DNA of 64,000 nt from an uncultured Gemmatimonadaceae bacterium (GTDB taxonomy: Bacteria > Gemmatimonadota > Gemmatimonadetes > Gemmatimonadales > Gemmatimonadaceae), in the NCBI GenBank assembly GCA_963761305.1, contig CAVXGK010000002.1:3328001-3392000 (forward strand), read 5' to 3'. Made by a program: the position numbers and the translations under genes. Shown here one piece after another: positions 41,125 to 51,666 of this stretch (position 1 is the stretch's first letter; every line of letters begins with the position of its first letter). The notes beneath the pieces are model-generated. The model worked only from the letters and a program-made list of their open reading frames with translations, was not told the origin of the DNA and searched no databases.

Positions 41125-41574
41125 ATGGCCAAGCCGCCGTTGAAGAAACCGCCCGAGTTGGAGTACACGCCCGCGAACTGCCACGCGCGTGACGTCCTCG
41201 CCCGTATCGGCGACAAGTGGTCGGTGGCGGTCATCCACGCGCTCGGCGCGGCGCGCACGCTGCGCTTCAACGAGCTGCGCGGCCAAGTGGACGGCATCAG
41301 TCAGCGCATGTTGACCGTGACGCTCCGCGGTCTCGAGCGCGACGGACTCGTCGTGCGAACCGTCTACCCGGAAGTGCCGCCGCGCGTGGAGTACGCGCTC
41401 ACTCCGCTCGGCGCGACACTCCGGCAACTCGTGCGAGCGCTCGTCGAGTGGTCCGGCGCGCATCTCGTGGAAGTGGACGCCGCACGCACGGCGTACGATG
41501 CGCGCCACGGTAAGCCGCGCCCGACACCCGCCGAGCGCACGCTTCCTCGCCGGACCTCGGCGTCGCGCGCGTAA
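41125..41574 (+). CDS. HxlR-family transcriptional regulator
   Basis: C..RDVLARIGDKWS, LRFNEL, ISQRMLTVTLRGLERDGLV, PPRVEYALT. Confidence 0.92.
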   Translation: MAKPPLKKPPELEYTPANCHARDVLARIGDKWSVAVIHALGAARTLRFNELRGQVDGISQRMLTVTLRGLERDGLVVRTVYPEVPPRVEYALTPLGATLRQLVRALVEWSGAHLVEVDAARTAYDARHGKPRPTPAERTLPRRTSASRA

Positions 41575-41604
41575 CTTCGCGAAATCAGGCGCACGAGTAG
41601 TCGT

Positions 41605-41880
41605 TCACGCGGCCGTCTCGGGCGCTGCCTCCGTGGGCGCGTCAAACCCCGTCTGGTGCGCAAGCGCGCGCGCTGTCCTGCGCGCGCAGCGTCCTGCGGT
41701 CGCGGTGTCATGCGCTCGCCGGCGAGCGGGATGCGCAGTCACGCGCGCTCGTAGTCTGTCGTTCGCCGATTCGAGCGGGCGAGCGGGTGGGGCTGTCCGG
41801 AGCGGAGCCGTTGCAGTATTGCCAGACTGTATCGGCAATACTGCGAGCGGTCCGCGGAGGACAGTCCCACCCCGAGCCCC
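41605..41880. repeat. Two-hairpin repeat, copy lacking the left hairpin
   Basis: Spacer and right arm match 39003-39270. Confidence 0.85.
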
Positions 41881-41999
41881 TAACTCCGAGCGCAAGCCGC
41901 AGCAACGCAGGCTCCGGCATGCAGCCTCACCCATTTATCCGATGTCCTGACCGCCCGTCGCACGGGTAACATGCGTTCGTCTCATTCAACTCGGACCGC

Positions 42000-42935
42000 A
42001 TGTCACCAACCAAATCCAAGAACCCACTCGCTGAGCTCTCGACCAGTCTGGCCGAAGCGGTCGAGGCTTCCGCGAAGTCGATCGTCGCCATCCACGCGCG
42101 CCGGCGCATCCCGTCGAGCGGTGTTGTCTGGCGCGACGGTATCGTCGTCAGCGCGAGCCATACAGTCCGCACCGACGGCGACGTCGCCGTCACGCTGCCG
42201 AGTGGCGACTCTGCACGCGCCACGATCGTCGGACGCGACGCCTCGACCGATCTCGTCGCGCTTCGGCTGAACGGCGCCGGCCCCAGCGCGGCACCACGCG
42301 CCGACGCTGATGCGGGGCGCGTCGGCTCGCTCGTGCTCGCTGTCGGCCGCCCCGGTCGCAAAGTCTCGGCGAGCTTCGGCATCGTCAGCGCTGTCGCCGA
42401 CGACTGGCGCGGCACGACGGGAGGTCGCATCGATCGCGTCCTCCGCCTCGATCTGTCGATCTACGACGGCTTCTCGGGTGGCCCTCTCGTCGATCCGGCC
42501 GGCGCGGTGATCGGCATCAACAACTCCGCGCTCTCGCGCGGCACGCCTGTCGCTCTCCCCGCCGCGACCGTCGACCGCGTCGTCGACGAGCTGCTGCAAC
42601 GCGGCCACGTTCGCCGCCCGTTCATCGGCGTCGCGGTGCAGCAGGTTGCGCTCAGCGCGGCCACCGTCGAGCGGCACAAGCTTTCGCGCGACGCGGGCCT
42701 CGTCGTCGTTTCGGTTGCCGACGGTTCGCCGGCCGAGTCGGCGGGGATTCTGATCGGCGACGTGGTGTTCGCGGCGAACGGGCAGCCACTGCGTCGTCCG
42801 ACGGACCTGCTCGACGCGCTGACGACCGTCGCCGACGGCGCTTCGGTGGAGCTCGAGCATCTTCGCGGCGCGGCGATCATGAAATCGACCGTGACTCCGA
42901 CTGACAGAGAAGCGCGCGGAGGGCAGGGCGAATGA
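42000..42935 (+). CDS. Trypsin-like (HtrA/S1C) serine protease with PDZ domain
   Basis: ASHTV, TDLVAL, GFSGGPL triad motifs; GSPAESAGILIGDVV PDZ. Confidence 0.9.
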   Translation: MSPTKSKNPLAELSTSLAEAVEASAKSIVAIHARRRIPSSGVVWRDGIVVSASHTVRTDGDVAVTLPSGDSARATIVGRDASTDLVALRLNGAGPSAAPRADADAGRVGSLVLAVGRPGRKVSASFGIVSAVADDWRGTTGGRIDRVLRLDLSIYDGFSGGPLVDPAGAVIGINNSALSRGTPVALPAATVDRVVDELLQRGHVRRPFIGVAVQQVALSAATVERHKLSRDAGLVVVSVADGSPAESAGILIGDVVFAANGQPLRRPTDLLDALTTVADGASVELEHLRGAAIMKSTVTPTDREARGGQGE

Positions 42936-43543
42936 CGGCGACGTTTGCCATGCGCGATCCGGCCGCGCAGTTTCGATCGGCGGCGACGTCGCTCGCTGAT
43001 TCGCTCTCGAACGCGGTCGTTCAGGTGCGCACGCCGAACACAGGGAGCGGCGGTGCCGGACTGATCTGGGGCCCGGGACTCGTCGTCACCAACGCACACT
43101 GCGTCCCGCGCGGCGCCAGTGTCGAAGTGTGCACCGCGGGGACGAACCGCTGGCGCGAGGCGGAGGTGATCGGATACCATCCGCCGCATGACCTCGCGCT
43201 GCTCGCCGCTCCGTCGGTCGCGGGACCACTGCTCGAGATTCGCGACGCCGACTCGCTGCGTGCCGGCGAGCTGCTCTTCGCGCACGGGCATCCACTCGGC
43301 GTGCGCGACGCGATGGCGATGGGTGTCCTGCACGACATCGCGCGCGATCGTCGCACGGGTCAACCGCGCTGGATCGTCGCCGACGTCCGCCTCGCGCCGG
43401 GAAATTCGGGCGGGCCGTTGGTCGACGCCGCCGGTCGCCTCGTCGGTATCAACAGCATGGTCGTCAACGGACTCGGCGCCGCGGTGCCGGCCTCACTGGT
43501 GCAAGACTTCGTCGAACGCGTGCTCGCCAAGCGCGCGGCGTGA
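42932..43543 (+). CDS. Trypsin-like serine protease without PDZ
   Basis: TNAHCV, HDLALL, GNSGGPL. Confidence 0.9.
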   Translation: MTATFAMRDPAAQFRSAATSLADSLSNAVVQVRTPNTGSGGAGLIWGPGLVVTNAHCVPRGASVEVCTAGTNRWREAEVIGYHPPHDLALLAAPSVAGPLLEIRDADSLRAGELLFAHGHPLGVRDAMAMGVLHDIARDRRTGQPRWIVADVRLAPGNSGGPLVDAAGRLVGINSMVVNGLGAAVPASLVQDFVERVLAKRAA

Positions 43544-43561
43544 GCGGGAGCGCGTGCGGCC

Positions 43562-43969
43562 GTGACCCGCATCGCGATCGTCGCCGCGTCGGAAGCGCTC
43601 CGCACGCGGTTGGCAGCGGCGCTGGCCGTTGATCCGACGTTCGAGATCGTCGCGGTCGGCGCCGCGGCAATGGACGTCGGTGACTCGGCCGAGGTCGTGC
43701 TCGTGGCGCGCGACGTCGATGATGCTCGGCGGCGTGCGGACAACGACGCTCACGACGTCGCGCGCAGCGTCCCGTCGCTCACCAACCGCGAGCGCGAGAT
43801 TCTCGCGCTGCTTGGCGATGGACTCGGCAACAAACAGATCGCGGCGCGCCTTGGGATCTCCACCAATACTGTGAAGACGCATCTCGAGCTGTTGTTCGAC
43901 AAGATCGGTGTGTCATCGCGGGCCGAGGCCGTGGCCACGGGAGTTAGGCGCGGCCTACTCATGCTCTAG
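43562..43969 (+). CDS. LuxR-family regulator with truncated receiver-like N-terminus
   Basis: LTNREREILALLGDGLGNKQIAARLGISTNTVKTH. Confidence 0.88.
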   Translation: MTRIAIVAASEALRTRLAAALAVDPTFEIVAVGAAAMDVGDSAEVVLVARDVDDARRRADNDAHDVARSVPSLTNREREILALLGDGLGNKQIAARLGISTNTVKTHLELLFDKIGVSSRAEAVATGVRRGLLML

Positions 43970-44005
43970 CGCCCGAGCACTCCGCGAGTCCGTCTGCGCT
44001 CAGAC

Positions 44006-44343
44006 TCACGCGCGCGAGCCGCCCGGGGTCGTTCCGCGCGACCGCTCGCAGTATTGCCGATACTGCCGGCAATACTGCAACGGCTCGCGCTCCAGACCCC
44101 GGGCCGTCTCGGGCGCTGCCTCCGTGTGCGCGTGAACCCCATCTGGGGCGCAGGCGCGCGCGCTGCCTGCGGTCGCGGTGTCAGGCGCGCGCTGGTGAGC
44201 GCGACGCGCGCTCGCAGTTGGTCGTTCGCCGATTCGAGGGGGCGAGCGGGTGGGACTGTCTGGAGCGGAGCCGTTGCAGTATTGCCAGGCTGCATCGGCA
44301 ATACTGCGAGCGGTCCGCGGAGGACAGTCCCACTCCGAGCCCC
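44006..44343. repeat. Two-hairpin repeat, full copy
   Basis: Both arms present, between convergent genes. Confidence 0.9.
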
Positions 44344-44381
44344 AGCCTCGAGCACGCCGAGCACGCCGAGGACGGGCCGCG

Positions 44382-46026
44382 CTAGTGCGCGAGTGCGGTG
44401 TCGACGATTGTCTGCGCCTCGGTCACGATCGCGGCGAGCGCCTCGTTGCCGCGAAAACTTTCGGCGTAGATCCGGTAGAGGTTCTCGGTTCCCGACGGAC
44501 GAGCGGCGAACCAGCCGGACGACGTGCTGACCTTCACGCCGCCGATGGGAGCGTGGTTGCCGGGTGCCTCGCTGATGATGGACGTCACCTTCTCGCCGGC
44601 CAGTTCGGTGCAGGGCACGTCCTTCGGCGACAGCGCCGCCAGTCGTTTCTTCTGTTCCGCGGTCGCGGGCGCCTCGACGCGATCGAAGGCTGGTTCGCCA
44701 AACTCGCGTGTCAGATCGGCGTAGAGCTCTCCCGGATCGCGGCCGGCGACGGCCGTTATCTCGGCCGCGAGCAGGGCGAGCGCGATGCCGTCCTTGTCCG
44801 TCGTCCACACAGTTCCGTCGCGACGCAGGAGTGACGCACCGGCGCTCTCCTCGCCGCCGAAGCCGAGCGTTCCACTCCCAAGACCATCGACAAACCACTT
44901 GAAGCCGACCGGCACTTCGTGCAACCGGCGGCCGAGCTTCGCGGCGACACGATCGATCATGCTCGTGCTCACCACCGTCTTGCCGACGCCGGCGTCGCCC
45001 GGCCAAGCCGGCCGATGGTCGAAGAGGTGCTGAACGGCCACCGATAAATAGTGATTTGGCGGCAGCAGGCCGGCGCTCGCCGTGACGATGCCATGTCGAT
45101 CGTGATCGGTGTCGCACGCGCAGGCGACGTCGAACTTGTCCTTGAGCCCGATCAGTCGTCGCATCGCGTAGGGCGATGACGGGTCCATCCTGATCTTGCC
45201 GTCCCAGTCCACCGTCATGAAGCGGAACGTCTGATCCACGACGTCGCTCACGACGGTGAGGTCGAGTCGATAGCGATCCGCGATGGGTGCCCAGTAGTGC
45301 ACGCCCGCCCCACCGAGCGGGTCGACGCCGATTCGAACGCCCGCGCCTCGAATCGCGTCCATGTCGACGACGCTGCCGAGATCGCGCACGTACGCGTCGA
45401 GGTAGTCGTGGCGATGCGTCGTCTCAGCGACGGAGCGCCCTCTCATATGGTATGCGCTTCACGCCATCGAGGCCGCCCTCCAGAAGCTGATTGGCCAGCC
45501 GTTCAATCCACGTGGTGACGTTGGTGTCGGCCGGTCCACCGTTCGGCGTGTTGTATTTGAAGCCGCCATCACCCGGCGGATTGTGCGACGGCGTGATCAC
45601 GATGCCGTCGGCCAATCCGGTCGTCCGTCCGCGGTTGTAGACGAGGATAGCGTGCGACACGACCGGTGTCGGCGTGTACTCGTCGTGCTCGGCGAGCATG
45701 ATGTCGACGCCATTCGCCGCGAGCACTTCCACGGCGCTGGCGCATGCCGGCTGCGACAGCGCGTGCGTGTCGATGCCGAGAAAGAGCGGGCCGTCGATGT
45801 GCGCTTGGCGTCGATATTCGACGATTGCTTGGCTGATCGCGATCACGTGCGCTTCGTTGAAGCTGCGGTCGAACGCCGACCCGCGATGGCCCGACGTGCC
45901 GAACGCGATCCGCTCGGCTGGCTCTTTAGGATCCGGCACGAGGGCGTAGTACGCTGTCACGAGCTTCGCGACGTCGAGCAGCGTTTCGGGCGGTGGGGCA
46001 AGCCCGGCGAGCGGACTGATTCTCAC
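44382..46026 (-). CDS. pgm: Phosphoglucomutase (alpha-D-glucose-1,6-bisphosphate-dependent), one frameshift near 45430
   Basis: [37 protein letters not shown] across two frames; AAGGAG RBS. Confidence 0.92.
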
Positions 46027-46048
46027 GCGTCACGCTCCTTCATGGTCA

Positions 46049-46360
46049 TCACGCGCCGAGCCGGCCCAGTGCGTTCGCGCGTCCGAATGCGCTGCCTCCG
46101 TGTGCGCGTAAAACCCCGTCTTGCGCACGCGCGCGCGCCGTCCTGCGGTCGCGGCGTCACGCGCGCGCACGTCCTGCTGGCGCGGTGTCCTGCGCGCGCC
46201 GGTGAGCGCGACCCGCGCCGACGCACGCTCGCAGTCTGTCGTTCGCCGATTCGAGGGAGCGAGCGGGTGGGGCTGTCTGGAGCGGAGCCGTTGCAGTATT
46301 GCCAGGTCGTATCGGCAATACTGCGAGCGGTCCGCGGAGGACAGTCCCACTCCGAGCCCC
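46049..46360. repeat. Two-hairpin repeat, right arm plus spacer
   Basis: Matches the right arm of the other copies. Confidence 0.85.
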
Positions 46361-46386
46361 CACTCCGGGCACGCGAAGGACAGGAC

Positions 46387-47577
46387 TCACGTCGTCGTGA
46401 CGCGGGTGTTGCGATGGTCGCGCTCACCGAGAAATTCGCCGAGCGCGGCGAGTGAACCGATGTGATCGCAGACGATCTTGAGCGTGGCCAAGAGCGGCAC
46501 CGCGAGGAAAGCACCGGCGACACCCCAAATCCAAAAGAAGAACGTCAGGCCCACGAAGATCGCGACCGGATTGAGCGTCAACCGGTGACCCAGCAGCATC
46601 GGCGTCACCAGGTTGGCCTGAATCAAGTTGATCGCGAGGTAGCTCGCGGGAATGAGGAGCGCGTGGCCGACGTTGTCGAAGTTCGCCAGTCCGGCCAAGG
46701 TAAGAACGACGACGCCTGTCAGCGCGCCGAGATAGGGAATGAATTCGACTACGACGATCATCGCTCCCCACACAGCCGGAGAGGGCATCCCGAGCGCCCA
46801 GAGACAGAGCGCAACGACGACCCCTTCACCGAGGTTGACGAACAATGCCGTCGACAAATAGGCCGAAACCGCGGCTTCGATCGCGCGGGCGACGTTGACC
46901 GCTTTGCGCTTGTCGCCCAGCGTCGGCAAGAGTTTGATGAATTTTTGAAGAAAGAGGTCGCCGCCGGCGAGCAGGAAGTAGAGTAGAACCGCGATCTCGA
47001 CGACCGCGGCAACGAGAACCTGCGTCGTCCCAAGAATGCGTGAGCCGATCGAGGGCGCCGTGTTGACGACGACCTGCCGCGGCGGGTGGCCGCCCACGGG
47101 ATCTCCGAGCGTGCTCGCCGCCCGCTCGACCTGGCTCGTGGCCTTTTGGAAACGCGCCAGAAAGAGCGCTCGCAGCTTTGTATTCGCGCGGGCGAGGGTT
47201 TCGGGCGCCGAGGCGGCGAGGGTCTGTGCCGGACCGGCGAGCGAGTACACGCCGCCGCCTACACCGCCAACCAACAGCAGGACGACGAGCGCCGCCCCGG
47301 CTGGCGCCGGGATCTTGATCCGCTGCAACATGCGGATCACCGGACTGAGCAGGAAGTTCAACAGGACCGCGAACACGATCGGCACGAAGAACTCGCGCGC
47401 GAAATACATCGTGTACAGGGTCGCAAGAACCGCGAGAACGACGGCGCTGATCGCGAGGGCGGTCGGCTTCTCGCCCGCATTCGCGACTTGTCCGATGTCG
47501 GGAGGCGGCTCGTACGGGCGCGGCCTACCGACAGCGCCCACAGCGCCGGCATCGACGCGCGGCGGGAAGTCAGCCAT
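46387..47577 (-). CDS. AI-2E family transporter
   Basis: Multi-TM; FIPYLG, NLVTPMLLG..LNPVAIF..WGVAGAFLAVP. Confidence 0.9.
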   Translation of the reverse strand: MADFPPRVDAGAVGAVGRPRPYEPPPDIGQVANAGEKPTALAISAVVLAVLATLYTMYFAREFFVPIVFAVLLNFLLSPVIRMLQRIKIPAPAGAALVVLLLVGGVGGGVYSLAGPAQTLAASAPETLARANTKLRALFLARFQKATSQVERAASTLGDPVGGHPPRQVVVNTAPSIGSRILGTTQVLVAAVVEIAVLLYFLLAGGDLFLQKFIKLLPTLGDKRKAVNVARAIEAAVSAYLSTALFVNLGEGVVVALCLWALGMPSPAVWGAMIVVVEFIPYLGALTGVVVLTLAGLANFDNVGHALLIPASYLAINLIQANLVTPMLLGHRLTLNPVAIFVGLTFFFWIWGVAGAFLAVPLLATLKIVCDHIGSLAALGEFLGERDHRNTRVTTT

Positions 47578-47623
47578 GACGCCCTCCCTCGGGTTGGTCG
47601 CCGGCGTCTACGCCGGGCGACGT

Positions 47624-47809
47624 TCAGCGCATCGAGTGGTCCCGGCCCTCGTCGTCCCGCGCAACCTCGTTCCCGATCGGCTGAGCAGGAGCGTCGGACG
47701 CGGCGAGCTGCTGCGGCTCGTGCGTCTCACGGTCATGCTTGGCCAGATCGTCTTGTGAGTCGAAATGCGCGCCACAGACGATGCAATCGTACTCATGCGT
47801 ATGAGTCAT
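47624..47809 (-). CDS. 61-aa protein with C2H2 zinc-finger-like motif
   Basis: YDCIVCGAHFDSQDDLAKHDRETH. Confidence 0.65.
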   Translation of the reverse strand: MTHTHEYDCIVCGAHFDSQDDLAKHDRETHEPQQLAASDAPAQPIGNEVARDDEGRDHSMR

Positions 47810-47994
47810 GTTCGGTCTCGGTGAGTTTGTCTGTCGTGCTTGCTCGCACCATCCGTGCCTGACCTCGTCTGTCGCCGGCCGCCCGAGCCGAGACTCACGC
47901 GCCCGAGCCGAGACTCACGCGCCTCGGGCGCTGCCTCCGTGTGCGCGAGAGCGACGGGGCGAACTCCGCGGGCGAGACGATCGTTGCCTAATGT

Positions 47995-48558
47995 TCAGGC
48001 GTCCAGCACGGCCGCGAAGTACGCCGCCACGTCGATCACGAGTGGAGCCGACGCTCCATCAGGCTTCCACTCCACGCGCTCATCGAGCATGTCGATGCGC
48101 GAATCCGCCGGAGTCGAGCGTTCGAACGTTCGGGAATCCAAGTCGACGATCCAGAACTCGGCGACGCCTTCGCCGCGATACAACGCGCGCTTGACCACGC
48201 GATCCGCGCGCATCGTGTTCGGCGACGCCACCTCGACCGCGAGCAGTAGCCGCCTCACGTCGGCGAATGACTTCGGCGGCCGGCCCTCGGCGCCTGGGAC
48301 AACGAAGAGATCGGGCTGCACGGATCGCTTGGGCGAAAACGTGACGTCCGCCGGCGCAAAGAACACAAAACCGACGGGCTCTCGATCCAAGTAGTCGGCA
48401 ATGAGCCGATACAGGACGCCAAGCGCGCGCTGATGGGTGTACGACGGCGACGGGGTCACGAACAGTTCGCCGTCGATGACCTCGTAGCGTTGGCCGTCGT
48501 CGGGCAAGTCCTGCAAGTCGTCGACGGTCCACTGCCGTCTGAACGCGGGCATGTGCAT
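47995..48558 (-). CDS. Uma2 family protein
   Basis: LPDDGQRYEVIDGELFVTPSP, QPDLF, VEVASP, EFWIVD. Confidence 0.92.
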   Translation of the reverse strand: MHMPAFRRQWTVDDLQDLPDDGQRYEVIDGELFVTPSPSYTHQRALGVLYRLIADYLDREPVGFVFFAPADVTFSPKRSVQPDLFVVPGAEGRPPKSFADVRRLLLAVEVASPNTMRADRVVKRALYRGEGVAEFWIVDLDSRTFERSTPADSRIDMLDERVEWKPDGASAPLVIDVAAYFAAVLDA

Positions 48559-48649
48559 AGGATAGGGTTCTCGGCGCCGAGTGAGCAAGCGAGCATGACG
48601 GCACGCTACGCCGGCCCCGCGGCGCGAGCGCCATCATTCCAGCGCGACC

Positions 48650-48842
48650 GCAATCAGTTCACGCGCCCGAGCCGCAATCAGTTCACGGGCCCGGGCTGTC
48701 GTTGCGCAACCGAGCTGTCCTTCACGCGCCCGAGCCGCCCGGGGTCATTCCGCGCGACCGCTCGCAGTATTGCCGATACTGCCCGGCAATACTGCAACGG
48801 CTCGCGCTCCAGACCCCGGGCCGTCTCGGGCGCTGCCTCGGT
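48650..48842. repeat. Two-hairpin repeat, left arm with reiterated left end
   Basis: Left arm nearly identical to 44006-44122. Confidence 0.85.
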
Positions 48843-48885
48843 GCGCTGGGGCTCGCGTTGGGGGCGGCGGGGGCGTTCGACGCTG

Positions 48886-49110
48886 TACTGACGCGCGGCC
48901 GCGCGCACGAGGAAGCGAAGCGGGTCTCGAGTGTGAATCGTGTCAGACGCCCGCGCCGCAGAGCGGCGATCCGAGACCGATCGGTGCCGAGCAGGTCGGC
49001 GAGGTCGTTGCCGTTCGCCGTGGCGCAAAACCTCGGCGAGGTGCGCGGCTGCCTCGTGCTTGAGCGCGGGAATCGGGTCGATTCGGGCGGCATTCCAGCA
49101 GCATACGATC
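48886..49110 (-). pseudogene. XRE-type HTH protein fragment (frameshifted)
   Basis: DPIPALKHEAAAHLAEVL / DLADLLGTDRSRIAALRRGRLTRFTLET in two frames. Confidence 0.55.
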
Positions 49111-49150
49111 GCGCGCCAACGAGGGCGCAACCGATCGCGCGCCCGCCAAG

Positions 49151-49553
49151 TCATTCACGCGCCTGAGCTGTCACTTGCGCGCCTGAGTTGTCACTCACGC
49201 GCCTGAGCTGTCACTCACGCGCCCGAGCCGCCCGGGGTCGTTCCGCGCGACCGACATGAGTATTGCCGGCGCGCCCGGCAAGACTGCAACGGCTCGCGCT
49301 CCAGACCCCGGGCCGTCGTGGGCGCTGCCGCCGCGTGCGCGTGAACTCCGCCTGGTGCGCAAGCGCGTGGCCGTCCTGCGGCCGCGTGCATCCGCGCGGC
49401 GACGCGACCCCACCGACTCGCGCTCGCAGTCTGTCGTTGCCGATTCGAGTGGGCGAGCGGGTGGGGCTGTCCGGAGCGGAGCCGTTGCAGTATTGCCAGG
49501 CAGTATCGGCAATACTGCAAGCGGTCCGCGGAGGACAGCCCCACCCCGAGCCC
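49151..49553. repeat. Two-hairpin repeat, full copy (degenerate left core) preceded by three 20-bp units
   Basis: GCGCCTGAGCTGTCACTCAC-like unit x3, then both arms. Confidence 0.85.
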
Positions 49554-49557
49554 ACGC

Positions 49558-49992
49558 GTGAGCGGAGGACAGTGCCACCTCGAGCATCGACCCCGAGCCG
49601 GTGCTGACGACGCCCGCGCGCAGCCGAGTGCGTCGCAGAGCCGACCGTCGTTGGACTCCCTCCTCTCCGCCGCCGACCGCGCGCTCCCCGGCGCGCCGAC
49701 GCGCCGAGTGGTTCTCGCGTTCGGACCGCGCTCGCCGGTGCAGGTGGAGAAGGAAGGGGCGCATGGCGTCGGCCGAAGCACGGTCTTCCTGGATCAGTAC
49801 AGCGGGGCGGTTCTGCGTGTTGACGATTTCAGCCGCGCCTCGCGCGCCTACCGAGCCCACATGATCGATCAGGCCGTGCACATGGGAACGGCGTTCAGTC
49901 TCCCCGTCCACATCGCGTTCTCGTTGGCCGGAGTGGCGCTCGTGCTCATGGTCGCCACGGGCACGCTGATTTGGTGGCGCAGGGGGGAATGA
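49558..49992 (+). pseudogene. C-terminal remnant of a PepSY-associated TM protein
   Basis: VFLDQYSGAVL, VHMG, ATGTLIWWRR; N-terminal part absent and replaced by the repeat. Confidence 0.7.
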
Positions 49993-50140
49993 TCAGTCGT
50001 CAACTTTCGGCTTGGCGAAGATCGGGATTGCTTCGATCAATCACGCGCCCGAGCCGCGCGGGGTCGTTCCGCGCGGGGTCGTTCCGCGCGGTCCGCGGTG
50101 GACAGTCCCACTCCGAGCCCGCGGGTCCGCGCCGAGGACA

Positions 50141-50662
50141 TTACAGTGGGAACACGGCGTCGACCGCTCGTCGAAATGATGGAGGATCGATGGCGGGGTA
50201 CCGGTACAACTCGGGCTCGATGCGCGCGAACATATCGCGAACCTGGGGACCGGTGATCAGGCCGTGCGCGAGCATTTGACGCACGTCGTCCAGGTCGCGA
50301 CCGTGACCACGTTCGATCTTGGCCAGCGCTTGCGCCACGAAGTCGTAATGGCGAAAGGTGACGCGGCCAAGGCGCTTGATGATCGGACTCCGCGCTTCCC
50401 ACCCGGCCGGCACCGGAATGAAATGCTCCGGCGAGGCGAGCTCCACGTTCACGTCCAGCGTTTCCTTGAGCAAGGGAATCGCCCGCAACATCGCGTCGGA
50501 TTCGGGTTGCATGACGAGGTCGATGTCGACCGTCGCGTCCCGCCAGCCGACAAGGACGGCCGATGTCCCTCCAACGAGAAACACCTCTGTGTCGCTCGGC
50601 GCCGCGCGGCTCAGGCCCAAGAGAAATGCCTCGATGCGCTCTCGAGTCGCTAGGTCGCGCAC
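50141..50662 (-). CDS. Nucleotidyltransferase (DUF6036-like), putative TA component
   Basis: LVGGTSAV..RDATVDIDL, ALAKIERG..RDLDDV. Confidence 0.8.
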   Translation of the reverse strand: MRDLATRERIEAFLLGLSRAAPSDTEVFLVGGTSAVLVGWRDATVDIDLVMQPESDAMLRAIPLLKETLDVNVELASPEHFIPVPAGWEARSPIIKRLGRVTFRHYDFVAQALAKIERGHGRDLDDVRQMLAHGLITGPQVRDMFARIEPELYRYPAIDPPSFRRAVDAVFPL

Positions 50663-50934
50663 GCGGCCGCTCGCTGAAAGCTCACGATGCGGCGCACGAG
50701 CGCATTGTACCGATCGTGTGCGCCGGCGCCGTGGTCGAGGGCCAGCCGGCGATACAGTCGCAGCTCCGGATCGACAAGCGGTGCCGGCACGTCGAACCCC
50801 AACGCGCGAAGGCGCGGGGCCGCCATGGAAACGAGCAATGATTCGACGGACTCGACACCGGCACGCAAGTCGTGCAGGCCCCGCTCGACCAGGTCGGCGC
50901 CGGGAAGGTTTCTCATCCGCATTGGCGCGGTCAT
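50650..50934 (-). CDS. Small protein overlapping the nucleotidyltransferase start, putative partner
   Basis: LPGADLVERGLHDL..LRLYRRL..YNALVRRIVSFQRA. Confidence 0.65.
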   Translation of the reverse strand: MTAPMRMRNLPGADLVERGLHDLRAGVESVESLLVSMAAPRLRALGFDVPAPLVDPELRLYRRLALDHGAGAHDRYNALVRRIVSFQRAAACAT

Positions 50935-50990
50935 GCCGCCTAAAATGCAGCGGGGCCCGCGCCAAAGCGACTCGCCCTCGGCCAACCCGT

Positions 50991-51554
50991 CTACCGGTCC
51001 AGCACCTCGGCAAAGTAGGCCGGCACGTCGAGCACGAACGGTGTCGAGGCAGCCTCCGGCGTCCACTCGAATTGCGCATCGAGCACGTCGACGCGGGAAT
51101 CCGCCGGCGTCGATTGCTCGAACGTTCGCGAATCGAGATCGACGATCCAGAACTCCGCGACGCCCTCTTCGCGATACAAGGCGCGCTTCTCGACGCGGTC
51201 TTGTCGAGCGGTACTCGGCGACAACACTTCCATCGCGAGGAGCAGCCGCTTCGCCTCGCCGAATGAGCGGGGACGGCGACCGTCGACGAGGGGCACGACG
51301 AACACGTCCGGCTGAACGAGGCGCTCGGGTGAGAACACGACATCCGCCGGCGCCATGAGCGCGTAGCCGATCCGCTCTCGGTCCAGGTACTCGGCGAGTC
51401 GCCGGTGCAGGATCGCGACGGCCGCCTGATGGTCGTAGGACGGCGACGGCGTCACGAACAGCTCGCCGTCGATGACCTCGTACCGCTGGCCGTCGTCGGG
51501 CAGGTCCTGGAGGTCGTTCACGGTCCATTGCCGTCTGAATGCGGGCATGAGCAT
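50991..51554 (-). CDS. Uma2 family protein
   Basis: Same motifs as 47995..48558. Confidence 0.92.
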   Translation of the reverse strand: MLMPAFRRQWTVNDLQDLPDDGQRYEVIDGELFVTPSPSYDHQAAVAILHRRLAEYLDRERIGYALMAPADVVFSPERLVQPDVFVVPLVDGRRPRSFGEAKRLLLAMEVLSPSTARQDRVEKRALYREEGVAEFWIVDLDSRTFEQSTPADSRVDVLDAQFEWTPEAASTPFVLDVPAYFAEVLDR

Positions 51555-51666
51555 ACGATAGGCAACTCGGCGCCGAGTGAGCAAGCGAGCACGAGCCAAC
51601 GCTACATGGGAGCGACGGCGGGGACGTCATCGTCGTCTTGCCGTCGCAACCAATCCATTCGGGCGC

